Below are positions 17,988 to 27,963 of a stretch of DNA of 48,070 nucleotides, one piece after another (position 1 is the first letter of the stretch; every line of letters begins with the position of its first letter). Source of the DNA: Gammaproteobacteria bacterium (GTDB taxonomy: Bacteria; Pseudomonadota; Gammaproteobacteria; UBA5335; SLRW01); assembly GCA_007130745.1 (NCBI GenBank), contig SLRW01000099.1:1-48070 (forward strand). The letters are read 5' to 3'. Below the pieces are notes generated by a model. It did not search any database and had not been told where the DNA came from. It saw only the letters and a list, made by a program, of their open reading frames with translations. Made by a program: the position numbers and the translations under genes.

Positions 17988-19070
17988 ATGGCTCGAGTAT
18001 TCAATTTCAGTGCCGGGCCCGGAGCCCTGCCGCAAGAAGTTCTGGAACAGGTTCGCGAAGAAATGCTGGACTGGCATGATGCCGGCATGTCGGTGATGGA
18101 AATGAGTCACCGTGGCAAGGCCTTTGTCAGCATTGCCGAGCGCGCCGAGCAGGATCTGCGCAGCCTGATGAATATCCCCGATAATTACCGGGTGCTGTTT
18201 CTGCAGGGAGGCGCTACTGGCCAGTTCGCGGCGGTGCCCATGAATTTGCTGGGCGCTAATCAGCGCGCAGACTATGTGCAGACGGGATCCTGGTCTAAAA
18301 AGGCTATTGCCGAGGCGGGCAGGTACTGCAAGGTTAATGTCGCGGCCGAAGGCGGCAAGGATCAGCCAATGTCGATCCCCCCTCAGGAGCAGTGGCAGAC
18401 AGACTCCGGCGCGGCATATCTGCACTACACTCCGAATGAGACGATCTCGGGCGTGGAGTTTCACTGGGTGCCGGAAACGGGCGAGGTGCCGCTGGTGGCG
18501 GATATGTCCTCGACCATTCTGTCGCGCCCGGTGGATGTGTCGAAGTTTGGCCTGATCTATGCCGGAGCGCAGAAAAACATCGGCCCTGCCGGTCTGACCC
18601 TGGTGATTGTGCGCGACGATCTGCTGGACCGTGCGGCGGCCAATACCCCTTCGGTATTCAACTACAAGGTGCAGGCCGAGGCCGACTCCATGTCCAATAC
18701 GCCGCCTACCTTCGCCTGGTATGTGGCGGGGCTGGTCTTTCAGTGGATTCTGGAACGAGGCGGGCTGGAGGCCATGGCCGGGCGTAACCGGGCCAAGGCG
18801 GAGAAGCTCTATGGCTTTATCGATCAGTCGGGGTTGTATTCCAACCCGGTTGATCCTGCGTGCCGTTCCTGGATGAATGTGCCCTTTGTGCTTGCTGATG
18901 ACAACCTGGACAAGGCCTTTCTTGAGGGCGCCGAACAGGCGAACCTGGCTACGCTCAAGGGGCATCGTTCGGTGGGCGGCATGCGTGCAAGCATCTATAA
19001 CGCTCTCGGTGAAGATGCCGTTGATGCCCTGATTGATTACATGAAGACTTTTGAAAGCCGTCACGGCTGA
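17988..19070 (+). CDS. serC: 3-phosphoserine/phosphohydroxythreonine aminotransferase
   Basis: MARVFNFSAGPGALPQEVLEQ and the rest of the sequence match class V aminotransferase SerC throughout. Confidence 0.93.
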   Translation: MARVFNFSAGPGALPQEVLEQVREEMLDWHDAGMSVMEMSHRGKAFVSIAERAEQDLRSLMNIPDNYRVLFLQGGATGQFAAVPMNLLGANQRADYVQTGSWSKKAIAEAGRYCKVNVAAEGGKDQPMSIPPQEQWQTDSGAAYLHYTPNETISGVEFHWVPETGEVPLVADMSSTILSRPVDVSKFGLIYAGAQKNIGPAGLTLVIVRDDLLDRAAANTPSVFNYKVQAEADSMSNTPPTFAWYVAGLVFQWILERGGLEAMAGRNRAKAEKLYGFIDQSGLYSNPVDPACRSWMNVPFVLADDNLDKAFLEGAEQANLATLKGHRSVGGMRASIYNALGEDAVDALIDYMKTFESRHG

Positions 19071-19115
19071 GCACGACACAGCCGGGAACTCCACTGCAAC
19101 CGGAACAGGACCGAA

Positions 19116-20282
19116 ATGCATACCGTACTGACGCTGAATAATATTTCCCCGCGCGGGCTCGAGCTGTTGCCGTCACATCGTTATCGCATTGTGGATGACG
19201 CCAGTGATCCCGACGCAATTCTGGTGCGCTCGCACAAGATGCACGACATGGCGCTGGGCGACAGCCTGCTGGCCGTGGCCCGTGCCGGCGCCGGGGTGAA
19301 CAATATTCCGGTGGAGGCAATGAGCCGGCGGGGTATTCCGGTATTCAATGCCCCGGGGGCCAATGCCAATGCCGTCAAGGAACTGGTGCTGGCCGGCATG
19401 CTCATGGCCATCCGTAACATTCCGCAGGCACTGGAATTCGTGCGCCGGCTAGAGGGCGAGGACGACAACTTTCACAAGGCGGTTGAAGCCGGCAAGAAGA
19501 AATTCGCCGGTGGCGAGTTGCCCGGGCGCACCCTGGGGGTGGTCGGACTGGGCGCGATTGGCGTCAAGGTGGCCAATGCCGCGCTCAGTCTGGGTATGAA
19601 TGTGGTGGGTTATGACCCCAAAATTACCGTTGCCAGCGCCTGGGAGATGTCTTCCGGGGTGCGCAAGGCACAGAGCCTGGAGGAAGTGCTGGCGGAGGCT
19701 GATTTCATCAGTCTTCACGTGCCGCTGAATGAACACACCCGCGGGCTCATTAATGAACAGCGTCTGCGTACCTGCAGAGATGGCGCGGTGCTGCTTAATT
19801 TTTCCCGCGACGGTATTGTAGACATGCAGGCCTTGCCGGCTTTCCTGGATTCGGGCCGGATTCGTGCCTATGTGTCGGATTTTCCCGACCCCGCGCTGCG
19901 CGGGCATGGTTCCGTCATTGCCTTGCCACATCTCGGCGCGTCTACACAGGAAGCCGAGGAAAACTGTGCGGTAATGGTGGTGAATCAGCTGCGCGAATAT
20001 CTGGAGGACGGCAATATCACCAATTCGGTGAATTTCCCCGAAGCGGTGATGCCGCGCACAGAAGAAGGCCACCGGCTGTGTATTGCCAATGCCAACGTGC
20101 CCAATATGCTGGGACAGATATCCAGTCTGCTGGCAGGGCATGATCTCAATATCATTGATATGCTGAACAAATCGCGCGGCGATCTGGCCTATACGCTGGT
20201 GGATGTAGATAAACCGGTACCCGAGGCGGTGCTGGTCGGGTTGCGCGAAATCGAGGGTGTGCTGTCCCTGCGCATTCTGTAG
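19116..20282 (+). CDS. serA: D-3-phosphoglycerate dehydrogenase-type 2-hydroxyacid dehydrogenase with a C-terminal ACT-like domain
   Basis: It has the NAD motif VVGLGAIGVKVA, a catalytic region (LLNFSRDGIVD...HLGAST), and a C-terminal ~70-aa ACT-like segment (HRLCIANANVPNMLGQISSLLAGHDLNIIDM). Confidence 0.8.
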   Translation: MHTVLTLNNISPRGLELLPSHRYRIVDDASDPDAILVRSHKMHDMALGDSLLAVARAGAGVNNIPVEAMSRRGIPVFNAPGANANAVKELVLAGMLMAIRNIPQALEFVRRLEGEDDNFHKAVEAGKKKFAGGELPGRTLGVVGLGAIGVKVANAALSLGMNVVGYDPKITVASAWEMSSGVRKAQSLEEVLAEADFISLHVPLNEHTRGLINEQRLRTCRDGAVLLNFSRDGIVDMQALPAFLDSGRIRAYVSDFPDPALRGHGSVIALPHLGASTQEAEENCAVMVVNQLREYLEDGNITNSVNFPEAVMPRTEEGHRLCIANANVPNMLGQISSLLAGHDLNIIDMLNKSRGDLAYTLVDVDKPVPEAVLVGLREIEGVLSLRIL

Positions 20283-20297
20283 ACCGGAGAGCCCGCG

Positions 20298-21380
20298 ATG
20301 AGCGAGCAGGAACTCGAGCAGCTGCGCCGGCGTATTGATGAGCTGGACAGTCAGCTGCAAACGCTGATCAGTGAGCGGGCCGGTCTTGCCGGTGAAGTGG
20401 CCGCTATCAAGCAGCGCGATGGCAACAATGAAGATTGCTATCGCCCGGCACGCGAGGCCGAGGTGTTGCGCGCAGTGATTGAGCGCAATCAGGGTCCACT
20501 GGATGACGAGACACTGGCGCGACTGTTCCGCGAGATCATGTCGGCGTGTCTGGCGCTGGAAAGCCCGCTGCGCGTGGCTTTTCTCGGGCCCGGGGGGACT
20601 TTTACCCAGGCTGCGGTGCACAAGCACTTCGGTCATGCGGTGAATAGCGTGTCCCTGTCCGCCATTGATGAAGTGTTTCGTGAAGTGGAATCCGGCAATG
20701 CCGATTACGGTGTGGTGCCGGTGGAGAATTCCACCGAGGGTGTGGTCACGCACACGCTGGATATGTTTAGCCGCTCGCGATTGCATATCTGTGGCGAGGT
20801 GATGTTGCCGGTGCACCATTGCCTGCTGGCGAATAGCAGTGATATGGCGCAAATCCGCCGGATTTATGCCCACAGCCAGTCGCTGGCCCAGTGTCGGGAG
20901 TGGCTGGACAGCCACCTGCCGGCGGTTGAGCGTATTGCGGTGAGCAGCAACGGCGAAGCGGCGCGGTTGGCGCGCGAGGAAGCCGGCGCCGGGGCGATTG
21001 CCTCGCGCGCGGCCGCGGAGATTCATGAACTCGAGGTCGTGACCGAAAACATCGAGGATGAGCCCGATAACACCACCCGTTTTCTGGTGATCGGTCGCGT
21101 GACCGTGCCGCCTACAGGGCAGGACAAGACTTCGCTGCTGGTGTCGGCACCCAACCGCCCGGGTGCCCTGCACGGGTTGATCGAACCGTTTTCGCGCCAT
21201 GGCGTGAGCATGACCCGGATTGAATCGCGGCCCTCGCGCCGGGCTCAGTGGGATTATGTGTTCTTTCTCGATGTCGAAGGCCACGCCGAGGATCAGGCCC
21301 TGGCTGCAGCGCTGGCCGAGGTAGAGACACGCGCCAGTCTGTTGCGGGTGCTGGGATCCTATCCGGCGGCGGTCTACTGA
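20298..21380 (+). CDS. pheA: Bifunctional chorismate mutase / prephenate dehydratase (P-protein)
   Basis: It has an N-terminal CM helix (LRRRIDELDSQLQTLISERA), a PDT domain (VAFLGPGGTFTQAA...VPVENSTEGVV), and an ACT domain with TRIESRPSR. Confidence 0.93.
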   Translation: MSEQELEQLRRRIDELDSQLQTLISERAGLAGEVAAIKQRDGNNEDCYRPAREAEVLRAVIERNQGPLDDETLARLFREIMSACLALESPLRVAFLGPGGTFTQAAVHKHFGHAVNSVSLSAIDEVFREVESGNADYGVVPVENSTEGVVTHTLDMFSRSRLHICGEVMLPVHHCLLANSSDMAQIRRIYAHSQSLAQCREWLDSHLPAVERIAVSSNGEAARLAREEAGAGAIASRAAAEIHELEVVTENIEDEPDNTTRFLVIGRVTVPPTGQDKTSLLVSAPNRPGALHGLIEPFSRHGVSMTRIESRPSRRAQWDYVFFLDVEGHAEDQALAAALAEVETRASLLRVLGSYPAAVY

Positions 21381-21397
21381 ACGATTCGGGGGCAGTC

Positions 21398-22528
21398 ATG
21401 ACAGAACAAGCGCAGCCGGCATGTACACGGCATGCCTCGGCAGGCGTCCGGGGGCTGTCGCCCTACGAGCCGGGCAAGCCCGTCAGTGAGCTCGAGCGCG
21501 AGTACGGTATCAGCGACATCATCAAGCTGGCATCGAATGAAAGCCCGTTGGGGCCGGCGCCTGCCGCGCTGGAGGCTGCGCACACAGCCCTGGCCGACCT
21601 GGCGCTGTATCCTGATGGCAATGGTTTTGAACTCAAGCAGGTTCTGGCCCGCCGGCATGCTGTGGCGCCGGAACAGATCGTACTGGGTAACGGCTCCAAT
21701 GATGTGCTGGATCTGGCGGCACGGGTATTCCTGGGGCCGGGTCGTAACGCGGTCTTTTCGCAGCACGGTTTTGCCGTCTACATGCTGGTGACCCGTGCGG
21801 TGGATGCCGAGGCCCGGGAAGTGCCGGCGCTGGCGATGGAAGCGACGATGCCTTGTGGCCATGATCTGCAGGCCATGGCTGCGCAGGTGGATGAGCAAAC
21901 CGGCGTAGTGTTTATTGCCAATCCCAACAATCCCACCGGCACCTGGGTAGAGTCCGACCCGCTGGAAGAGTTGCTGGAGCGTCTGCCTCCAACCACGCTG
22001 GTGGTGCTGGATGAGGCCTATGCCGAGTATGTACAGACCCCGGGCTATCCCGATGGCACTCGCTGGCTGGAGCAGTATCCCAACCTGATGGTGACACGTA
22101 CCTTCTCCAAGGCCTATGGGCTGGCCGGTTTGCGTATCGGTTACGGGTTATGTCATCCGGCCGTGGCCGATCTGCTCAATCGCGTCCGTCAACCATTCAA
22201 TGTCAATACGGTGGCCCAGGCGGCGGCGCTGGCGGCACTCGATGACAATGAACATCTGGCCCGGGCGATAAAGATCAATAATCAAGGCCTGGCCGAACTG
22301 AGCCGGGGCTTTGATCGACTGGGTCTGAAGTGGTTGCCTTCGGCAGCCAATTTTATCAGCGTCCAGGTGCCGGATGCGCCGGCCACTTATAAGGCACTGT
22401 TGCGCGCTGGTATTATTGTGCGTCCGGTAGCCGCCTATGGCTTGCCGGGGTTTTTGCGGGTCAGTGTTGGCTTGCCGGAGCACAATCATCGCCTGCTGAT
22501 GTCACTGGAAAAGGTCCTGAAAGCATGA
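21398..22528 (+). CDS. hisC: Histidinol-phosphate / aromatic aminotransferase
   Basis: LSPYEPGKP...KLASNESPLGP...NPNNPTG and the PLP-Lys context RTFSKAYGLAGLRIGY. I chose the ATG at 21398. The listed start at 21248 would overlap pheA by 130 nt and adds Arg/Gly-rich junk. Confidence 0.9.
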   Translation: MTEQAQPACTRHASAGVRGLSPYEPGKPVSELEREYGISDIIKLASNESPLGPAPAALEAAHTALADLALYPDGNGFELKQVLARRHAVAPEQIVLGNGSNDVLDLAARVFLGPGRNAVFSQHGFAVYMLVTRAVDAEAREVPALAMEATMPCGHDLQAMAAQVDEQTGVVFIANPNNPTGTWVESDPLEELLERLPPTTLVVLDEAYAEYVQTPGYPDGTRWLEQYPNLMVTRTFSKAYGLAGLRIGYGLCHPAVADLLNRVRQPFNVNTVAQAAALAALDDNEHLARAIKINNQGLAELSRGFDRLGLKWLPSAANFISVQVPDAPATYKALLRAGIIVRPVAAYGLPGFLRVSVGLPEHNHRLLMSLEKVLKA

Positions 22529-23397
22529 TCAAGCGTTTGTGTGTGATTGGTGTGGGCTTGATTGGCGGCTCGCTGGCCCGTTCGCTGCGCAGGGTGCATT
22601 ACTGTGGCGAAATCGTGGGTTGCGCCCGTAACCGGGAAAATCTCGAGCGGGCGCTGGAGATGGGCGTGATCGATCGTTTTGAGACCGATCCCGCTGCAGC
22701 GGTAAAGGGTTGTGACGTGGTGGTGCTGGCTGTACCTATGGGCGCCATGCGCGAGGTGCTAAGGCGCATCAAACCGAAGCTGGCTGCGGATGCGGTGGTC
22801 ACCGACGTGGGTAGCGCCAAGCGTGACGTGCTGGATGCGGTGGCCGAAGTGTTCGGAGAGGTGCCGCCATGGTTTGTAGCTGGTCACCCGGTGGCTGGCA
22901 CCGAGCGCAGCGGGGTGGATGCCTCGTTTCCCAGTCTCTATGACGATCGCCCCGTGGTGCTGACGCCGGTGGCGGCGACTTCACCGGCGGCGCTGCGGGT
23001 GATATCAGACATGTGGGAAAGCGCCGGAGCGCGGGTTTCGGTCATGGATTTGCAGCGCCATGACGAAGTCCTGGCAGCGACCAGCCATTTACCGCATGTG
23101 CTGGCCTATACCCTGGTCGATACCCTGGCGCGCATGGACCAGAGCGAGGCCATCTTCGATTTTGCCGCCGGTGGTTTCAGGGACTTTACCCGTATAGCTG
23201 CCAGTGATCCGGCAATGTGGCGGGATATTTGCGTGGCTAACAGCGATGCTATTGTGCGGGTGCTGGAAATCTTCCAGGGGCACCTGGAAGAAGTTCGCCA
23301 GGCTGTGGCCGAGGCTGACGAGAAACTCCTGGAATCGGTATTCAGCCGCGCCAAGGCAGCGCGTGACCGGCGTTTCCCCCCGGGCAGTCAGTCGTGA
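22525..23397 (+). CDS. tyrA: Prephenate (arogenate) dehydrogenase
   Basis: Rossmann motif VIGVGLIGGSLA, then TDVGSAK and AGHPVAGTERSG. It has an ATGA overlap with hisC. It is encoded separately from aroA here. Confidence 0.88.
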   Translation: MIKRLCVIGVGLIGGSLARSLRRVHYCGEIVGCARNRENLERALEMGVIDRFETDPAAAVKGCDVVVLAVPMGAMREVLRRIKPKLAADAVVTDVGSAKRDVLDAVAEVFGEVPPWFVAGHPVAGTERSGVDASFPSLYDDRPVVLTPVAATSPAALRVISDMWESAGARVSVMDLQRHDEVLAATSHLPHVLAYTLVDTLARMDQSEAIFDFAAGGFRDFTRIAASDPAMWRDICVANSDAIVRVLEIFQGHLEEVRQAVAEADEKLLESVFSRAKAARDRRFPPGSQS

Positions 23398-24710
23398 GCG
23401 AAATACGTATTGTCTCCAGCCCCGGCGGCCGGCTTGAGGGGCGCATGCGAGTGCCCGGTGACAAGTCCATTTCCCACCGTGCCGTGATGTTTGGTGCCAT
23501 TGCCGATGGTCAGACCCGCGTGCAGGGGTTTCTTGATGGCGCGGATTGCCTGGCCACCCGGGATGCCTTCCGTGGCATGGGGGTGGCGATTTTCCAGCCG
23601 GAGGCCACCACGCTCGAGATCGACGGGGTGGGGACAGATGGGTTACAGCCGCCACCGGCAGCGATTGATCTGGGTAATTCCGGCACTTCCATGCGATTGC
23701 TGGCGGGCCTGTTGGCGGGGCAGCCCTTTGACAGTGAGCTGGTGGGGGATGACTCCCTGATGCGCCGACCGATGATGCGGGTGGTGGAGCCACTACGTTC
23801 CATGGGCGCGCGCATCGATTGTGCTCGGGACGGCCGGGCGCCTTTGCGGATTCATGGTGGTGTGCGCCTGCGCGGAATGGAATATGCCATGCCGGTGGCC
23901 AGTGCCCAGGTCAAGTCCTGCGTGCTCCTGGCCGGCCTGTATGCCGAGGGTGAAACCTGTGTGATCGAGCCGGGGCCCAGCCGCGACCATACCGAACGGA
24001 TGCTGCGCGGTTTTGGCTGTGAAGTCCGCACCCGGGGCAAGCAGGTGAGCCTTCGCGGCGGCAGTCGTCTAAGCGGGGGTGAAGTGAAGGTGCCCGGTGA
24101 TTTGTCTTCGGCAGCTTTTGCCCTGGTCGGCGCCAGCCTGCTGCCGGGCTCTGATCTGTTGATTGAAGGCGTGGGCGTGAACCCCACCCGCGCAGGTATT
24201 CTGGATATTTTGCGGCTTATGGGGGCGGATATCAGCGAGCATGATCGGCGAGATTATGGTGACGAGCCGGTGGCGGATCTGCGGGTGCGCTCGGCGAGTC
24301 TGCGGGGTATCGATATTCCCCCGGAACTGGTGCCGCTGGCCATAGACGAATTCCCGGTCATCCTGGTGGCGGCGGCCTGTGCCGAGGGCGAGACCCGCTT
24401 GCGCGGGGCGGCTGAATTGCGGGTCAAGGAAAGTGATCGAATAGCGGTGATGGCAGAAGGCCTTGATCGGCTGGGTATCGCAGCCCGGGCTACGGATGAC
24501 GGGATGCTGATCGAGGGTGGATGCCCGCGCGCAGGCGAAATCCACAGTCACGGTGATCATCGTATTGCCATGGCTTTCGCGATGGCCGGGATGGTGGCCG
24601 ATGGCCCGGTAACCATTCACGATTGCGCTAATGTTGGCACTTCATTTCCGGGCTTCGTGTCATTGATGCGGGCCCATGGGGCGCAGATGGATGAGGTGGC
24701 TGAAGCGTGA
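23394..24710 (+). CDS. aroA: 3-phosphoshikimate 1-carboxyvinyltransferase (EPSP synthase)
   Basis: [47 protein letters not shown] and DHRIAMAF. It has a GTGA overlap with tyrA. Confidence 0.95.
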   Translation: MSEIRIVSSPGGRLEGRMRVPGDKSISHRAVMFGAIADGQTRVQGFLDGADCLATRDAFRGMGVAIFQPEATTLEIDGVGTDGLQPPPAAIDLGNSGTSMRLLAGLLAGQPFDSELVGDDSLMRRPMMRVVEPLRSMGARIDCARDGRAPLRIHGGVRLRGMEYAMPVASAQVKSCVLLAGLYAEGETCVIEPGPSRDHTERMLRGFGCEVRTRGKQVSLRGGSRLSGGEVKVPGDLSSAAFALVGASLLPGSDLLIEGVGVNPTRAGILDILRLMGADISEHDRRDYGDEPVADLRVRSASLRGIDIPPELVPLAIDEFPVILVAAACAEGETRLRGAAELRVKESDRIAVMAEGLDRLGIAARATDDGMLIEGGCPRAGEIHSHGDHRIAMAFAMAGMVADGPVTIHDCANVGTSFPGFVSLMRAHGAQMDEVAEA

Positions 24711-25390
24711 ATTCGAGGGTGCCGGTAATCTGCGTGGACGGCCCCAGCGGTTCGGGCAAGGGTACGGTTTGCCGCTTGCTGATGCAGGCGCTTGGTTGGC
24801 ATCTGCTGGATAGTGGCGCGCTTTATCGACTGGTAGCCGTGGCCGCCGCGCGTCAGGGTGTGGCGCTGGACGACGAGCCGGCACTGGCGAGGCTCGCCGC
24901 CGGGCTGGATGTAGAGTTCGAGGCGACGCCGGAAGGCGCGGAGAAAATCCTTCTCCAGCGCCAGGATGTGACCCGCGAGGTGCGTCAGGAGTCTACCGGA
25001 GAGGCGGCCTCCAGAGTGGCTGCCCTGCCGCCGGTGCGCGAGGCGCTGTTGATGCGTCAGCGAGAGTTTCAGCGGCCACCGGGGCTGGTGGCCGACGGGC
25101 GTGATATGGGAACAGTGATCTTTCCTGATGCGCCGTTGAAGATATTTCTTACGGCTTCTGCCGATGAGCGCGCCAGGCGCCGTCATAAGCAGTTGAAGGA
25201 GATGGGGTTTGATGCTAGTCTCGCCAGGCTCGCGGAGGAGATCCGGGCGCGTGATGAACGTGATGCCGGACGTGCTGTTTCACCGCTGGTGCCCGCGGAA
25301 GACGCTGTCCGTGTGGATACCACGGGCATTCCGATAGAGGGTGTGATGGCGCAGATTCGTGAGCTTGTGCAGGCGCGCGGCCTTGACTAA
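24707..25390 (+). CDS. cmk: (d)CMP kinase
   Basis: P-loop [15 protein letters not shown], then DSGALYR and [30 protein letters not shown]. It has a GTGA overlap with aroA. Confidence 0.93.
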   Translation: MNSRVPVICVDGPSGSGKGTVCRLLMQALGWHLLDSGALYRLVAVAAARQGVALDDEPALARLAAGLDVEFEATPEGAEKILLQRQDVTREVRQESTGEAASRVAALPPVREALLMRQREFQRPPGLVADGRDMGTVIFPDAPLKIFLTASADERARRRHKQLKEMGFDASLARLAEEIRARDERDAGRAVSPLVPAEDAVRVDTTGIPIEGVMAQIRELVQARGLD

Positions 25391-25405
25391 AAGCGCGCCT
25401 GGGAG

Positions 25406-25434
25406 CCGGCCCGGTTTCACGGCCGGTATTTTTT
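25406..25434 (+). terminator. Rho-independent terminator candidate after cmk
   Basis: CCGGCC-cggtttcac-GGCCGG is followed by TATTTTTT, 16 nt after the cmk stop. Confidence 0.6.
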
Positions 25435-25546
25435 CAGGGGCCCCGCCAGGGAAACGGCGGGATTTAACCATAACCCGCAGGGCTACGGATATGCCTTGTG
25501 GATCGTAACAGTCGACTGGCAGACAGTCGCGGGACAGCCACCTTTC

Positions 25547-27238
25547 ATGAGTGAATCTTTTGCCGAACTTTTTGAACAAAGCCTGAAAGATCAGGAGATG
25601 CAACCCGGGTCGATTATCACCGCGCAGGTGATAGAAATTCGCTCCGAGGTCGTGATTGTCAACGCAGGGCTCAAGTCCGAGGGCGTGATCCCCATCGAGC
25701 AGTTCTATGATGACGAGGGGCAGCTTGAGGTCAAGGAAGGGGATGATGTTGATGTCGCCCTGGATGCCATCGAGGACGGGTTCGGCGAGACCATTCTTTC
25801 ACGTGAAAAAGCCAAGCGTGCGCGCTCCTGGACGGTGCTGGAAAAAGCGCACGACAAGGACGAAATCGTTACCGGTCACATCAGTGGCAAGGTCAAGGGT
25901 GGTTATACGGTGGATCTGGACTCCATCCGCGCCTTCCTGCCGGGCTCGCTGGTCGATGTACGCCCGGTGCGTGACACCACCTACCTTGAAGGCAAGGAAC
26001 TTGAATTCAAGGTCATCAAGCTTGATCGCCGCCGCAACAATGTTGTGGTCTCACGCCGTGCAGTGGTTGAGGCTGAATACAGTGTAGAGCGCGAGCAGCT
26101 GTTGGATAATCTGGCCGAAGGCAGTGTCATCAAGGGTGTGGTCAAGAACCTGACCGAATACGGCGCCTTTATAGACCTGGGTGGTATTGATGGCCTGCTG
26201 CATATCACCGATATGGCCTGGAAACGGGTCAAGCATCCCTCTGAGGTGGTCAATGTCGGCGACGACATTGAGGTCAAGGTGCTCAAGTTTGATCGTGAGC
26301 GCAATCGTGTGTCGCTGGGCCTGAAGCAGTTGGGCGAAGATCCGTGGGAAAATATTGCCCGTCGTTATCCCGCCGGTACTCGCATGTTCGGCAAGGTCAC
26401 CAACATTACTGACTACGGCTGCTTTGTAGAAATCGAGGAAGGTGTTGAAGGCCTGGTCCACGTCTCGGAAATGGACTGGACCAACAAGAACGTGAATCCG
26501 CAGAAGCTGGTGCAAGTGGGTGATGAGACCGAAGTGCTGGTGCTTGATATTGACGAGGAGCGTCGCCGTATCTCGCTGGGCATGAAACAGTGTCAGTCCA
26601 ACCCCTGGAACCAGTTCGCCGAGAATCACAACAAGGGTGACCGTATCAGTGGCACTATCAAGTCGATCACCGACTTTGGTGTTTTTGTGGGGCTTGACGG
26701 GGGTATTGACGGTCTGGTTCATATGTCCGACCTGTCCTGGGATGAAGATGGCGAAGATCTTGCCCAGGACTTCAGCAAGGGCGATGAAATCGAGGCTGTG
26801 GTACTTTCGGTGGACCCGGAACGTGAACGTATCTCGCTCGGCGTCAAGCAGATGGAGCAAGACCCGGTGGCTAATTTTGCCGGTAATTACACTCGTGGCA
26901 GTGTGGTCAAGGGTACGATCGGCGAGGTCGACGCCAAGGGCGCAAAGGTGTCTCTGGATGACGGCGTAGAAGGTTATATCCGGGCTTCGGAGATTTCCCG
27001 TGAGCGTGTCGAGGATGCCCGCACCGCACTTAAGGAAGGTGATGAGGTGGAGGCTCGTTTCATTGGCCTGGATCGCAAAAACCGGGTCATCAACCTGTCC
27101 ATCAAGGCCAAGGATGTTGCCGAAGAAAAAGAGGCGCTCAAGGACTACGGGCGTGGCGCAAGCACCGGGAGTGGCGCCGCCACCCTCGGTGACCTGCTCA
27201 AGGAAAAAATGTCTGAAAACAGGGACGATGAGTCCTGA
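25547..27238 (+). CDS. rpsA: 30S ribosomal protein S1
   Basis: [14 protein letters not shown] is followed by six S1 (OB) repeats. The ATG at 25547 matches the conserved N-terminus. No Shine-Dalgarno sequence is visible upstream. Confidence 0.97.
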   Translation: MSESFAELFEQSLKDQEMQPGSIITAQVIEIRSEVVIVNAGLKSEGVIPIEQFYDDEGQLEVKEGDDVDVALDAIEDGFGETILSREKAKRARSWTVLEKAHDKDEIVTGHISGKVKGGYTVDLDSIRAFLPGSLVDVRPVRDTTYLEGKELEFKVIKLDRRRNNVVVSRRAVVEAEYSVEREQLLDNLAEGSVIKGVVKNLTEYGAFIDLGGIDGLLHITDMAWKRVKHPSEVVNVGDDIEVKVLKFDRERNRVSLGLKQLGEDPWENIARRYPAGTRMFGKVTNITDYGCFVEIEEGVEGLVHVSEMDWTNKNVNPQKLVQVGDETEVLVLDIDEERRRISLGMKQCQSNPWNQFAENHNKGDRISGTIKSITDFGVFVGLDGGIDGLVHMSDLSWDEDGEDLAQDFSKGDEIEAVVLSVDPERERISLGVKQMEQDPVANFAGNYTRGSVVKGTIGEVDAKGAKVSLDDGVEGYIRASEISRERVEDARTALKEGDEVEARFIGLDRKNRVINLSIKAKDVAEEKEALKDYGRGASTGSGAATLGDLLKEKMSENRDDES

Positions 27239-27306
27239 TCTGTTTGCATCCCCGGGCCGGGGTTATCCGGCTCCGGTGGTGCCACTAGCATGGTGTTGAC
27301 GTTGTC

Positions 27307-27606
27307 ATGACCAAGTCTGAACTGATTGAGAGAATAGCCCGCAAGCAGCCGCATCTGGCGCTCAAGGATGTGGAGCTGGGTGTCAAGACGCTGCTGGAGA
27401 TGATGAGTTCGGCACTGGCCGGTGGCAATCGCATTGAGATCCGAGGGTTTGGCAGTTTTACGCTGCACTATCGGCCGCCGCGTGTTGGCCGCAACCCCAA
27501 AACAGGGGCGCCTGTGGCGCTGGCAAGCAAGCACGTCCCGCATTTCAAACCCGGCAAGGAATTGCGGGAAAGGGTCGATAGCGGCAATTCCGGGAAGCGT
27601 CGCTAG
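27307..27606 (+). CDS. ihfB: Integration host factor subunit beta
   Basis: [11 protein letters not shown]...[25 protein letters not shown] is the HU/IHF family signature, and the gene sits in the conserved position after rpsA. Confidence 0.95.
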   Translation: MTKSELIERIARKQPHLALKDVELGVKTLLEMMSSALAGGNRIEIRGFGSFTLHYRPPRVGRNPKTGAPVALASKHVPHFKPGKELRERVDSGNSGKRR

Positions 27607-27660
27607 GCGAGTGACGCGGACAGCCGTCTGGCTGCCTGGCCAGGCCGGACAGACCACGAC

Positions 27661-27963
27661 ATGGGAGGGCCGGTGCGAATAGTCAAGGCCTTGATCTTGC
27701 TGCTTGTGGTGCTGGCGGGTGTAAGCTTTGCCTGGCTCAACGCGCAGCCGGTCCCGTTTAATTACTATGTCGGTGCCGTTGAGACGCGCCTGGCGCTTCT
27801 GCTGGCCGGGTTTCTCGCTGCAGGCTGGGTGCTTGGTGTGCTCAGCGTGGTGCGGAGTATTATTTCCCTGCGCCGACGCCTGGTGCGTGCCGAACATGAG
27901 TTGAAGCTGTCACGGCGGGAAGTGGGTAACCTCCGTAACCTGCCGCTGCGCGATGGCGATTGA
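27661..27963 (+). CDS. lapA: Lipopolysaccharide assembly protein A (DUF1049 membrane protein)
   Basis: It has two TM helices and a basic C-terminus. It lies immediately upstream of lapB and overlaps it by 11 nt. The start is uncertain (ATG 27661 or GTG 27673). Confidence 0.7.
   Translation: MGGPVRIVKALILLLVVLAGVSFAWLNAQPVPFNYYVGAVETRLALLLAGFLAAGWVLGVLSVVRSIISLRRRLVRAEHELKLSRREVGNLRNLPLRDGD

Noticed and set aside
15873-19121. A 1082-aa ORF on the minus strand, the longest in the track.
   Set aside because: It lies entirely antisense to gyrA, serC and the serA start, all of which have unmistakable conserved protein sequences. Its translation is low-complexity and rich in Arg, Gly, Ala, His and Gln with no recognisable motif. 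This is the typical stop-codon-poor antisense frame of high-GC DNA.
19449-21284. A 611-aa minus-strand ORF.
   Set aside because: It is antisense to serA and pheA. It shows no recognisable domain, and its composition is typical of a spurious GC-rich antisense frame.
27239-27306. A possible terminator (CCCCGG-g-CCGGGG) between rpsA and ihfB.
   Set aside because: The stem would have a 1-nt loop, leaving an effective stem of 4 bp, and no T-tract follows. rpsA-ihfB read-through is known in other gammaproteobacteria, so no terminator is called.
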